A stretch of 44,905 bases of DNA from the NCBI GenBank assembly GCA_030765585.1, contig JAVCCJ010000085.1, positions 1-44,905 of the forward strand, in the 5' to 3' direction. The DNA is from Candidatus Zapsychrus exili. Its GTDB lineage: Bacteria; Omnitrophota; Gorgyraeia; Zapsychrales; Zapsychraceae. Below the pieces are notes generated by a model. The model was not told the origin of the DNA, did no database searches, and saw only the letters and a list, made by a program, of their open reading frames with translations. Of this stretch, positions 7,905 to 17,410 are shown one piece after another. Both the position numbers and the translations under genes were made by a program. The first letter of the stretch is position 1, and every line of letters starts with the position of its first letter.

Positions 7905-8639
7905 GTGATAAAAGACCTGCTTAAAGGACTAACTAGTCTGGTCTATCCCCCGAACTGTCTTATCTGCAAACAATACATTTCCACTCAATCCTTTGGAGGG
8001 ATGCTGTGCACCCACTGTAAAAACTCAGTTAAATTCAACATACCTACCTTTTGCCTAAAGTGCTCAAGATATCTAGGCAAAAAAATAAAATATCCGCTTT
8101 GTAAAGAATGTAGGCAAAAAAAGCCTTATTTTGACTTTGTCTGGGGATGCTGCCTTTATGAAGATCCAATAAAGAAACTTATACATAAATTTAAATACAA
8201 TCAAAGAACAGTTCTTCGCTATTTATTTTTTGAGCTTATTCTATCATTTATTAGCAAATACAACCTTGATATTGCACAATTTGATACTATAGTACCTGTT
8301 CCTTTGTTCTCAACACGCTTAAGGGAAAGAGGATATAATCAATCTTATTTATTAGCAAATGAAATATCTAAACATTTTAATATTAATATATCTAGAAATA
8401 GTCTTATTAAAATAAAGAACACCACACCTCAAGCTCTTTTAACAGAAAAAGAACGCTGGACAAATACGCAAGGTGCTTTTAGAATAAAAAGCCCTGATAA
8501 ATTTAAAGGGAAAGCAGTGCTAATTATTGATGATTTATTGACAACAGGCGCGACCGTATCTGAAATTGCTCTTACATTAAAAGAGTCTGGCGCACAAACA
8601 GTTGCGGCACTAACACTAGCAATAACACAAGAAAAATGA
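7905..8639 (+). CDS. comF: ComF family protein (double zinc ribbon plus phosphoribosyltransferase fold)
   Basis: YPPNCLIC, CTHC, CLKC and CKEC zinc ribbons; PVPL...RLRERGYNQS; LIIDDLLTTGAT. Start reassigned to in-frame GTG 7905 because the ORF-track extension runs over both promoters. Confidence 0.9.
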   Translation: MIKDLLKGLTSLVYPPNCLICKQYISTQSFGGMLCTHCKNSVKFNIPTFCLKCSRYLGKKIKYPLCKECRQKKPYFDFVWGCCLYEDPIKKLIHKFKYNQRTVLRYLFFELILSFISKYNLDIAQFDTIVPVPLFSTRLRERGYNQSYLLANEISKHFNINISRNSLIKIKNTTPQALLTEKERWTNTQGAFRIKSPDKFKGKAVLIIDDLLTTGATVSEIALTLKESGAQTVAALTLAITQEK

Positions 8640-9721
8640 AAATAATAAGAAACTACATATTAAAAGAATGCATTCCGCCCTTTATAATGGCGCTTTTTGT
8701 ATTAACCTGCGTATTCCTTTTGGGAAATCTACTACAGCTTGCCAACCTTGTTATAAACAAAGGTGTGGGCTTAAAATCTGTTGGCCAGATATTCTTTCTA
8801 ATGATACCTGTTCTATTAGGCTATACAATCCCAATTGCTTGTATGGTAGGCGTTATTATGACCTTCAGCAGGCTATCTGCCGATAATGAAATAATCGCAT
8901 TAAGAGCAAACGGAATACATCTTTGGAAAATTCTAGCACCTATATTGGCTGCGGGAATTATAATAAGCCTACTTTCTTTTATCTTAAATGATAGAATAAT
9001 TCCCTATGCTCATCACAAACAACGGAAAATGCTAAAAACTTTAGGAGTGGAAAACCCTACGGCGCTTCTTGAAGCTGGAGTATTTATACATTCGTTTGAT
9101 AATCAAATCATATTTATACACAAAATCGATGGTAATCATCTAAAGAATATAACCATTTATCAGCCACAAAAAGACGGACCCACCAGAACCATCATTGCAA
9201 GAAGTGGCGAATTTACCCAAGTACCTGGCAAGGAGCAAATAAAACTTAAGCTTATAGATGGAACATCTGATGAGCCTAATTTAGAAAATCCTAGTAATTT
9301 TTATAAATTAAATTTTAAGAATTATTTTATGAATCTCGATTTCTCTAAAGGCAATAAAAAAATAGAGAAAAAACCTAAAAGCATGACCTTAAACGAGCTA
9401 AAACAAGAAACCGACAGGCTTGAGCGACTTTTTGTTGATCCGGCAAGAATTCAAACAGAATATTTTAGAAAAATTACTCTATCGTTTGCACCTTTTGTTT
9501 TTATACTTCTTGGATTTCCTATTGCTGTTATAACAAATAGACGAGAAAAATCAGCAAATGTTGTTGTAGCTATGGGCTTTGCTGCATGTTATTATTTATT
9601 AAGCTTAGGCTGTGAAGCCCTAAGCATAAAAAGTGTTTTTCCCTCGATGTTTATTATGTGGTTTCCTAATATGATAGGAATCATGGGGGCTACCCTATTA
9701 AATTGCAAATGCGTATCTTAG
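8636..9721 (+). CDS. lptF: LPS export ABC transporter permease, LptF-like
   Basis: YjgP/YjgQ architecture (3 TM, periplasmic domain, 3 TM) with RLSADNEIIALRANGI. Paired with an lptG-like gene. Confidence 0.85.
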   Translation: MKIIRNYILKECIPPFIMALFVLTCVFLLGNLLQLANLVINKGVGLKSVGQIFFLMIPVLLGYTIPIACMVGVIMTFSRLSADNEIIALRANGIHLWKILAPILAAGIIISLLSFILNDRIIPYAHHKQRKMLKTLGVENPTALLEAGVFIHSFDNQIIFIHKIDGNHLKNITIYQPQKDGPTRTIIARSGEFTQVPGKEQIKLKLIDGTSDEPNLENPSNFYKLNFKNYFMNLDFSKGNKKIEKKPKSMTLNELKQETDRLERLFVDPARIQTEYFRKITLSFAPFVFILLGFPIAVITNRREKSANVVVAMGFAACYYLLSLGCEALSIKSVFPSMFIMWFPNMIGIMGATLLNCKCVS

Positions 9722-10815
9722 ACAATTACATAATTAAATCAATAAGCATAATTTTTATCTCAACTATAATAATCTTTTGTTTTCTTTATATCTTAATTGA
9801 TACCACAACAAATTTAGACGAGATAATTGATAGAAAAGTTCCGTTTGGAATATTAGTTCAATACTATATGTCTATGATACCTATTGTGCTTGTTCAAACA
9901 TCTTCCATTGCATGTCTCATTGCGACGCTATTTACATTTAGTCGACTAAATAATGAAAATGAGATTATCGCCATGAGAACAAATGGGCTTAGCTTCTGGC
10001 AAATAACAAAGCCAGCGCTTATATTTGGGCTAATAGTGGCGATATCTGTATTTTGGTTAAATGAGAAATTTATTCCAAAGGCAAATGCCAGGGCAGAGCA
10101 AATAAAAACTGATAATCTAATACTTGAAACAGATAGAATAGAAAAGAAACAATCTATTAAAAACCTAACATTCTATGGATTAAGAAACAGATTATATTTT
10201 ATAGACTCCCTTCACCCTCAAACACATGAACTTCGCGGAATTACAATTACTGAATATGACGACAATCAGAATATAAAACAAAAAACCGTGGCCCTAAAAG
10301 GATCTTGGACAGGAATCGCTTGGAAATTCTACCAATGTCAAATAACGAGTTTTGAAGAAAATGACTTAGGCGCACCTATTAAGATTAAAGTGTACAAAGA
10401 AAAGCTAATGGACATACAAGAAACTCCGGAAGATTTTCTGAGACAAAGATTAAAAGTCTCTCTTATGAATATAAAACAATTAAACGAATATATATCACGT
10501 TTTAAAAGTAGCGGCGCATCAAAAGCCTTAAACAATCTCAGAGTAGATATGCACCAAAAAATAGCATATCCAATAGGAAACTTTGTAGTAGTTTTAATAG
10601 GACTTCCCTTCGCTCTTATGATAAGAAGCAGAAAGGGTACCACATTCTCTGCTCTGGGGATAGCAATTGCCGTTGGATTTTTATATTATGTAGCAAATGC
10701 GGTCACACTCGCTTTTGGAAAAGGCGGATTTTTCCCTCCATTTTTAGCAGCGTGGGCTACACCAATTCTTTTTGGAATAGTTGCAATAACAGTAATTGAA
10801 ACAGATTTCTCTTAA
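9709..10815 (+). CDS. lptG: LPS export ABC transporter permease, LptG-like
   Basis: MRILDNYI start, RLNNENEIIAMRTNGLS, KIAYP and PPFLAAWATP. Confidence 0.85.
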   Translation: MRILDNYIIKSISIIFISTIIIFCFLYILIDTTTNLDEIIDRKVPFGILVQYYMSMIPIVLVQTSSIACLIATLFTFSRLNNENEIIAMRTNGLSFWQITKPALIFGLIVAISVFWLNEKFIPKANARAEQIKTDNLILETDRIEKKQSIKNLTFYGLRNRLYFIDSLHPQTHELRGITITEYDDNQNIKQKTVALKGSWTGIAWKFYQCQITSFEENDLGAPIKIKVYKEKLMDIQETPEDFLRQRLKVSLMNIKQLNEYISRFKSSGASKALNNLRVDMHQKIAYPIGNFVVVLIGLPFALMIRSRKGTTFSALGIAIAVGFLYYVANAVTLAFGKGGFFPPFLAAWATPILFGIVAITVIETDFS

Positions 10816-11436
10816 ATGAAAATAAAAATACTTTTAATATCTTTATGTTTAATGCTTACTGCAAAAGTTTACGCTAAAGAGACTGTAACGCTAAAATCAG
10901 GCGTATCTTTTAGTGGAGAAATTACTGAAAGAACGGACTTGCATATCAAACTAGATACTGGCCGTAATGTAATTATGATTAAATTAAAAGATATCGAGAA
11001 TAGTATCAATGAAAGTACAACCGCGCCTTTATCTGTAGACAATGTTCAAGAAAATATTGAAAGCTCTAAAGACAGCATTGAACCTGTTGATATAGAGCCT
11101 CAGAAACAGACTTCCGCAGTAAAAGAAATAGAAAAAAGATTTATGGATGACACCTCTTGTAAGAATATCGCAGCTAGCCTTCTTGAATGTATTCCATACA
11201 ACTGCAGCAAAATAAATAAAAAGAGCAAAAAGACTATTGTCGAATACAAAGTTTTTGGCATAAGAGAAGACGCCTGTTATTTGAAACAGACATCAGTTAA
11301 TATCGGCGGAACATTAAGATGCAAATTAACTTCTGACACACAACAAAAACTCTCAGAAAATGTAGACAATAAAGCCTTCTACTCTTCTCTAATTGAAAAA
11401 ACCCTTAAAAATCAAGAATGTAAAGTTTCTTATTAA
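10816..11436 (+). CDS. Exported hypothetical protein with a small N-terminal beta domain, linker and six-Cys C-terminal domain
   Basis: Signal peptide ending VYA, ETVTLKSGVSFSGEI beta motif, acidic linker and six Cys. Starts immediately after the lptG stop. Confidence 0.75.
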   Translation: MKIKILLISLCLMLTAKVYAKETVTLKSGVSFSGEITERTDLHIKLDTGRNVIMIKLKDIENSINESTTAPLSVDNVQENIESSKDSIEPVDIEPQKQTSAVKEIEKRFMDDTSCKNIAASLLECIPYNCSKINKKSKKTIVEYKVFGIREDACYLKQTSVNIGGTLRCKLTSDTQQKLSENVDNKAFYSSLIEKTLKNQECKVSY

Positions 11437-11482
11437 CCTTGTTGGGACATCTTAGGTCGTTTTGCAATAATCTCTGGTGGGG

Positions 11483-12673
11483 TTATTTTATATACGTCTT
11501 AGGTAAGCGATTGCCAAGCAGGCAAAGTATTTCGTAGTTTATTGTATTTGCATAAAGTGCGAGATTATCAGCTGAAACCTCTACACCCTTTTCTCTTCCT
11601 AAAATAGTTACTGTCATACCAAACTTAGGATTTTTAACTTTAGACACATCGACAATTATCTGATCCATAGTAACGTTTCCAATTACAGGACAAAGTATAC
11701 CTTTTACAATTATATTAGCTTTATTCGAAAATGCGCGCAAATATCCATCATTGTAACCTATTGGTATTGTTGCTATTTTCATAGTCTTTTTAGCAACAAA
11801 AGTTTGTCCGTAGCTGACTCCTCTTCCTTTTGGTATACTTTTTAAGAATATTATTTTAGATTTTACGCTTAATGCTGGCTTTAATTTAATACTGTTTTTT
11901 AGATTAGCGCTTGGATACAGACCATAAAGCATAATCCCAGGACGAGACAGATTAAGCACGTTTGTTTTATATCCGCTTAAACCCATACTATTTGAAGCGT
12001 GAACAAAAGGAATAATCATACCCTTTTTATCTAACTTTATGACTAAATCGCTAAGAATGTTTATCTGCTGTGTTGTGAATTTCTTATTCGTATCTGCCGA
12101 CGGAAAATGTGTATAAATTCCATAAATATCTAATTGCTTAAAATCATAAACCTTTTTAATGAAATCAAAAGCATCGCTGTGCCAAACTCCTAAACGACTC
12201 ATTCCAGTATCAACCTTAATATGAACTTTAATACGTTTCTTTAATTTTAAAGCGTAGTCATTTAACTCTTTAGCAAATTCAATGCTGCAAATTGTAGGAG
12301 TAAGTCTATATTTTATAATATCTTTTATAAACAAAGGCAACGTACTTTCAAAAAGTAAAATAGGCTTCTTTATTTTAGCTTCTCTTAACTGAATCCCTTC
12401 TTTTAAATCTGAGACTCCAAAATATTCAACACCTTGACTCTCTAAAAATTTAGCAATTTTTCCAGCTCCGTGTCCGTAGGCGTCAGCCTTAACTACTGTA
12501 AGCAGTTTCATTTTAGCTAAATCACTTTTAACCTTAGCGCGAGAAGCAATAACAAACTTATTCTTAGAGGCAAGTTTCTTAAGCTCACCTACATTGTGCT
12601 TAATTGCTTTTAAATCAATCTCTGTCCAAGCTAAATTATTGTCGCTATTATTTTTCTTTAATCCCAATATCAT
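11483..12673 (-). CDS. alr: Alanine racemase
   Basis: PLP-lysine motif VVKADAYGHG, HIKVDTGMSRLG, RPGIMLYG, VSYG, IGYNDG and TINYEI. Start set to ATG 12673. Confidence 0.96.
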   Translation of the reverse strand: MILGLKKNNSDNNLAWTEIDLKAIKHNVGELKKLASKNKFVIASRAKVKSDLAKMKLLTVVKADAYGHGAGKIAKFLESQGVEYFGVSDLKEGIQLREAKIKKPILLFESTLPLFIKDIIKYRLTPTICSIEFAKELNDYALKLKKRIKVHIKVDTGMSRLGVWHSDAFDFIKKVYDFKQLDIYGIYTHFPSADTNKKFTTQQINILSDLVIKLDKKGMIIPFVHASNSMGLSGYKTNVLNLSRPGIMLYGLYPSANLKNSIKLKPALSVKSKIIFLKSIPKGRGVSYGQTFVAKKTMKIATIPIGYNDGYLRAFSNKANIIVKGILCPVIGNVTMDQIIVDVSKVKNPKFGMTVTILGREKGVEVSADNLALYANTINYEILCLLGNRLPKTYIK

Positions 12674-12688
12674 TTTATCTCTGTTCTT

Positions 12689-12710
12689 AGATTCCTGCCT
12701 TCGCAGGAAT
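12689..12710. repeat. Single truncated copy of the REP-like palindrome seen at 22.4 kb
   Basis: AGATTCCTGCCTTCGCAGGAAT versus GGATCCCTGCTTTCGCAGGGAT at 22418-22439. Confidence 0.7.
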
Positions 12711-12763
12711 AAATTCGAACAAATAACTTGAGCGTCCTTTGACCACACAAATTATGCCCTCAT

Positions 12764-13468
12764 TTACCTTTTGCTCTTTGCCTTTTTGCTTATTTTTGTA
12801 ACTTGGCAATTTTCTGGATACAAATACAAAGGAACAATTTTATCAATATTGTTACAGCCCTTATTTTTAAATTTCTTAATAACAAGTGGCAACAAGTTCT
12901 TTGCCTTCGGGTACCAAAATTCTTCACTTTCTAAAATATAATTGCTTTTTAGTTTTGTCTGTTCTTTTAAAAGTTTAATTCCGTCTCCTACAATAGTTGT
13001 CTTGTGCTTGACCTCTTTTAAAATATCCTTTAAAGGAGCAAGCAAATAATTACCTCGAAGGTGAGTAACACCATTTTTTCTACTGTAAAAGGCTGCGTAA
13101 AACAGGTCTCTTTTAGCGTCCAACAAACAGAGGCTTGAATTTCTTGGGTCGTCTTCAGGAATTCCAGCTTCCAAAACATCTAAGCTGCTTACCCCAACAA
13201 CCGGTTTGTCTAAAGCAAGTGCTAACCCTTTAATTGTTGCAAGTCCCACTCTAAGACTTGTAAAAGAGCCAGGTCCAAGGCCTACTGCAAAACCGTCAAG
13301 ATCTTCTGGCGCAAGCTTAACCGACTTTAAAATCTTTTTAATCTCTAGAATTAAATTCGAAGAGAGCTTTCTACCTAGCTCAACATTTCTTGTCTTTAGT
13401 ATTTTATCTTTACTTGCAATAGCTAGACTTAAAAATTTTGACGAACTTTCAACTAAAAGAATTCTCAC
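12764..13468 (-). CDS. tsaB: tRNA t6A biosynthesis protein TsaB
   Basis: AVGLGPGSFTSLRVG, VGVSSLD and LDAKR. GTG start overlaps the tsaE stop. Confidence 0.93.
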   Translation of the reverse strand: MRILLVESSSKFLSLAIASKDKILKTRNVELGRKLSSNLILEIKKILKSVKLAPEDLDGFAVGLGPGSFTSLRVGLATIKGLALALDKPVVGVSSLDVLEAGIPEDDPRNSSLCLLDAKRDLFYAAFYSRKNGVTHLRGNYLLAPLKDILKEVKHKTTIVGDGIKLLKEQTKLKSNYILESEEFWYPKAKNLLPLVIKKFKNKGCNNIDKIVPLYLYPENCQVTKISKKAKSKR

Positions 13469-13932
13469 TTTACAAACCCTATTCTTTTCTTAAGAACTTC
13501 ACCTTTTGGTTTTAACTTAATTTCTCGAACGTCTTCTCCTGCGTGTTTAAAGTGCACTTCTAAGCGATATTTAGGAGCTAAAATTCCAAATCTCTCTGCC
13601 CACTCTACAACAGTAACACCGTCCCCTTCAAAATACTCTTCGTAATCTAAAGATATAATCTCTTCTATCTTTTCAATTCTGTAAAGATCAAAATGAAAAA
13701 GGTTGAGACCCCTTTTACTTTCGTAGACATTCATTAAAGTAAAAGTTGGACTGTGTACTTGAGCTTCTTTTATTTTAAGACCACGAGCAAGCCCCTTAGT
13801 AAAAGTCGTCTTGCCACTTCCTAAATTTCCAAAAAGACAAATCACGTCACCTGCCTTTAAATTCTTTGCCAGGCTCTCGCCAAATTTAGTTGTGTCTTTA
13901 GCGCTGTTTGAAATAAACGTCTTTAAAGTCAT
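13465..13932 (-). CDS. tsaE: tRNA t6A biosynthesis ATPase TsaE
   Basis: GNLGSGKT, SPTFTL, HFDLYRI and VVEWAE. Confidence 0.96.
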   Translation of the reverse strand: MTLKTFISNSAKDTTKFGESLAKNLKAGDVICLFGNLGSGKTTFTKGLARGLKIKEAQVHSPTFTLMNVYESKRGLNLFHFDLYRIEKIEEIISLDYEEYFEGDGVTVVEWAERFGILAPKYRLEVHFKHAGEDVREIKLKPKGEVLKKRIGFVK

Positions 13933-13934
13933 AT

Positions 13935-14858
13935 TTAAAAATGAACGTAACCTTTATCAAGCACGCTTCTCTTCTTTCCTCTTTTGTCCAACATTAAACA
14001 TCTTCCCTTGGAAGCTGTAATTTCGCCTACCTGACTGAACTTAAAAGGTGACTTGGTTTTCTTTAATTCTTCAGCTTTTTCAGGTGAGAGAGTAAAAATA
14101 AGCTCAAAATCTTCTCCGTCGTGAAGAGCATTATTTATACCAGCTCCTTCAGCAAACGGAATACTGTTTTCATAAATTAAAGCACCAACCTTACTTTCTT
14201 TTAAAATATGACCTAAATCAGCAATAAGTCCATCGGAGATATCTGTCATTGAACTAGGTTTAAAATTCTTAACTAAATACTTCGACTCTTTAATACGAGG
14301 AACAAATCTTAAATGCTTCTCGTTTTTAAGCGAATTCCCCAAAGAACCTGTTACAAAAATTTTATCTTTTGGTTTTGCACCTGAACGAAAAATAATATCT
14401 TCTGATTTTGCCTCTCCTGTTAAAGCCACATTAATTATTATCTTATCAGCTTTTACAGTATCTCCGCCCACTATAGAAACTCCAAATTTAGCTGCTGTGG
14501 CTTCCATTGCTTGATAAACCTGATACATAAATTTCCACGACAAAAAAACCGGAATGCCTACGGAAACAAGTGCGTGCTTAGGCACACCTCCCATTGCTGC
14601 AATATCACTAATACTACAAGCAAGAGCTTTATGACCTATTCCCCAAAGTGGCATATCTTTTGTAAAATGAACTCCCTCAACTAACATATCTGTCGTAAGA
14701 AGAGTCTTCTTGCTCTTAGAGACTGAAACAACAGCGGTATCGTCTCCTATTCCCGTAATTACAGAAGAACCCAAAGAAACATTCTTTTTAATTAGGTCTA
14801 TAAAACCAAATTCACCTAAGACTGAAAATTTTGTATTTTTATTTTTTTTAACAGGCAT
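13935..14858 (-). CDS. thiL: Thiamine-monophosphate kinase
   Basis: GEFGFI, GIGDDTAV, SDIAAMGG, IVGGDT, DISDGL and GEDFEL. Confidence 0.96.
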   Translation of the reverse strand: MPVKKNKNTKFSVLGEFGFIDLIKKNVSLGSSVITGIGDDTAVVSVSKSKKTLLTTDMLVEGVHFTKDMPLWGIGHKALACSISDIAAMGGVPKHALVSVGIPVFLSWKFMYQVYQAMEATAAKFGVSIVGGDTVKADKIIINVALTGEAKSEDIIFRSGAKPKDKIFVTGSLGNSLKNEKHLRFVPRIKESKYLVKNFKPSSMTDISDGLIADLGHILKESKVGALIYENSIPFAEGAGINNALHDGEDFELIFTLSPEKAEELKKTKSPFKFSQVGEITASKGRCLMLDKRGKKRSVLDKGYVHF

Positions 14859-15897
14859 ACTGTTTGAAGAGCTTTTTAATATTAGCTTTAAAAGGAGCCT
14901 TAATAATCCCAGCCTCTGTTATTATTGCTGTAATTAACTTATTATCTGTAACATCAAAAGCTGGATTATAAACTGCTACATTTGATGGAGCCGTTACTAC
15001 ACCACAAAATTCGGTTACTTCTTTTCTATCTCTTTGTTCTATCGGAATATCACGACCTGAGGTAATGCTCAAATCAAATGTCGAACGAGGTGCGGCAATA
15101 TAAAAAGGTATTTTATGATACTTAGCCAAAACAGCTAAGCTATAAGTTCCTATTTTATTTGCTGTATCTCCATTTGACGCTATTCTGTCTGCACCAGCAA
15201 CTACCATATCAATCTTACCTTGTTTCATTAAAGTAGCCGCCATATTATCACAAATGAGTGTCGTATCTATTTTAGCCCTTAAGAGTTCCCAAGTTGTAAG
15301 TCTTGCGCCCTGAAGAAGTGGACGTGTCTCGCAAGAATAAACCTTAAATTTCTTTTTTGCTTTTTTAGCAGAATAAAAAACGCCTAGAGCTGTTCCAAAA
15401 TCAACTGTTGCAAGCGCACCTGCATTACAAACAGTTAAAATATTTGACCCTGACTTAATAAGCTTTGCACCAAAACTTCCCATTGCACGACAATCCGATC
15501 TATCTTGCTCGTAAATTGAAAATGCTTCAATCCTAAGAAGTCTTTTCATCTCGCTAACATTAAGATTACTATTTTTTGCTAAAACATTCTTTATCTGATC
15601 TAAAGCGTTAAATAAGTTAACAGCCGTCGGTCTTGAGGTTGCTATATAGTCACAAATCTTATTTATATGTTTTATAAAACTTGCGGCTGTGTTTCCCTTA
15701 AAACTTTTAACCCCAAGCAATGCCCCAAAAGCTGCAGCAACTCCTAAAGCTGGTGCTCCACGAACGTTTAAGCGCTTTATTGCCCACCAAAGAGTTTTAA
15801 CATCCTTGCAATAAATGTATTCTAATTTATTTGGAAGCTTTGTCTGATCAATAATCTTAACAGCTCCATTTTTCCAACAAATAGTAAAAGTATCCAT
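14848..15897 (-). CDS. mtnA: S-methyl-5-thioribose-1-phosphate isomerase
   Basis: IDQTKLP, VRGAPALG, SRPTAVNL, CNAGALAT, ETRPLLQGARLT and GADRIASNGDTANKIGT. Confidence 0.95.
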   Translation of the reverse strand: MDTFTICWKNGAVKIIDQTKLPNKLEYIYCKDVKTLWWAIKRLNVRGAPALGVAAAFGALLGVKSFKGNTAASFIKHINKICDYIATSRPTAVNLFNALDQIKNVLAKNSNLNVSEMKRLLRIEAFSIYEQDRSDCRAMGSFGAKLIKSGSNILTVCNAGALATVDFGTALGVFYSAKKAKKKFKVYSCETRPLLQGARLTTWELLRAKIDTTLICDNMAATLMKQGKIDMVVAGADRIASNGDTANKIGTYSLAVLAKYHKIPFYIAAPRSTFDLSITSGRDIPIEQRDRKEVTEFCGVVTAPSNVAVYNPAFDVTDNKLITAIITEAGIIKAPFKANIKKLFKQYAC

Positions 15898-15904
15898 TAT
15901 TATT

Positions 15905-17410
15905 TTATTCCTTATCTACTTCTAGTCTTGAAAAAAGTGCTTCATGAGACTTTAATTTTGTACCACTTTTAAGTTCGCCCCATCTAGAACCAGTGCCAAC
16001 CGCGCCTAAAACATCTAAAACGCTTTTTGTCTTAGATGGCATGACAGGCGCTAAATTAACAGCCGAAATTCTTAAAGCTTCAGTAGCGACATAAAGGATT
16101 GTTCCTGCGCGATTCAAATCCTCTTTAGCAACTTTCCATGGAGCCTGCACTTCTAAATATTTATTTACCCTACGAACAAGCTGTAAAACCTCCTCTATTG
16201 CATCATTTACACGAAAAGCCTCTACCTGAGACTTTACTTTTGAACTTAAACTTTGCGCCGCTTCTTTAACTTCAATATCAGCTTCTGTTAACTTTTCGCA
16301 TTCAGGAACACAATTTTTAAAATATTTTCCGATAAGACCACTAACACGATTTAAAAGATTTCCAAAATCATTTGCCAAATCACTATTGTATCGCTTAATA
16401 AATGATTCCATTGTAAAGTTTGCATCTTGACCTAAAACCATCTCTCTCATTAAATAATATCTAACAGAGTCAACTCCATATTCATCTACCAAATCAAGTG
16501 GACTTATAACATTACCCAAAGACTTGCTCATTTTACTTTTCTTTATCAACCACCAACCGTGAGCAAAAATAGTTTTAGGCAAAGGCAACCTTAAGGAAAG
16601 CAACATAGTAGACCAATAAACACAATGTGTCGTTAAAATATCTTTTCCTATTAAATGTACAGCGTTTGGCCACCACTTGTTAAAACTTTTCTCATCTGAC
16701 AAATATCCAATACCTGTTATATAGTTAATAAGCGCATCAAACCAAACATACGTAACGTAATCAGAATCAAATGGAATTTCAATTCCCCAGTCCATCCTTG
16801 TTTTGGGACGAGAAATACACAAATCGCCCAAAGGTTGCCTTAAAAATCCCAATATTTCATTTTTACGACTTTCAGGCTGAATATAATCAGGATTTTCTTC
16901 AATATGCTTAATTAAATCATCCTGATATTTACTCATTCTAAAAAACCAATTACGCTCTTTTAATTTCTTAACATCCCTAAAATCTCCAGAATCTTTTTCT
17001 GTCTCTGTTATAAAACGCTCTTCTGATACCGAATACCATCCCTCATACTCATCCATATATATATTTCCATTGTCATAAACTTTTTCCAGAATGGAGGTCA
17101 CAACATCTATATGTCTTTGTTGTGTTGTGCGTATAAAATCGTCATTCTGTATTTCAAGTTTATTCCAAAGCTCTGTAAAACGAGGGGCAAGATCGTTGCA
17201 ATGATCAAGCGGTGTCATATCTCTTTGCTCAGCTGCTTGTTTTACTTTTTGTCCATGCTCGTCTAAACCAGTTAAGAAGAAAGATTCATCGCCTACTTCT
17301 TTATGATATCTAGTTAAAACATCAGCTAAAATAGTAGTATAAGCATGGCCTATATGCGGCTTATCATTTACATAATAAATTGGGGTTGTAACGTAAAATT
17401 TATTGCTCAT
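15905..17410 (-). CDS. metG: Methionine--tRNA ligase (short form, no C-terminal tRNA-binding domain)
   Basis: FYVTTPIYYVN, HIGH, YVWFDAL and KMSKS. Start set to ATG 17410. Confidence 0.96.
   Translation of the reverse strand: MSNKFYVTTPIYYVNDKPHIGHAYTTILADVLTRYHKEVGDESFFLTGLDEHGQKVKQAAEQRDMTPLDHCNDLAPRFTELWNKLEIQNDDFIRTTQQRHIDVVTSILEKVYDNGNIYMDEYEGWYSVSEERFITETEKDSGDFRDVKKLKERNWFFRMSKYQDDLIKHIEENPDYIQPESRKNEILGFLRQPLGDLCISRPKTRMDWGIEIPFDSDYVTYVWFDALINYITGIGYLSDEKSFNKWWPNAVHLIGKDILTTHCVYWSTMLLSLRLPLPKTIFAHGWWLIKKSKMSKSLGNVISPLDLVDEYGVDSVRYYLMREMVLGQDANFTMESFIKRYNSDLANDFGNLLNRVSGLIGKYFKNCVPECEKLTEADIEVKEAAQSLSSKVKSQVEAFRVNDAIEEVLQLVRRVNKYLEVQAPWKVAKEDLNRAGTILYVATEALRISAVNLAPVMPSKTKSVLDVLGAVGTGSRWGELKSGTKLKSHEALFSRLEVDKE

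Noticed and set aside
12728..12734. TTTGACC resembling a CtsR half-site
   Set aside because: Only one heptad, located upstream of alr rather than a clp gene; CtsR needs a direct repeat.
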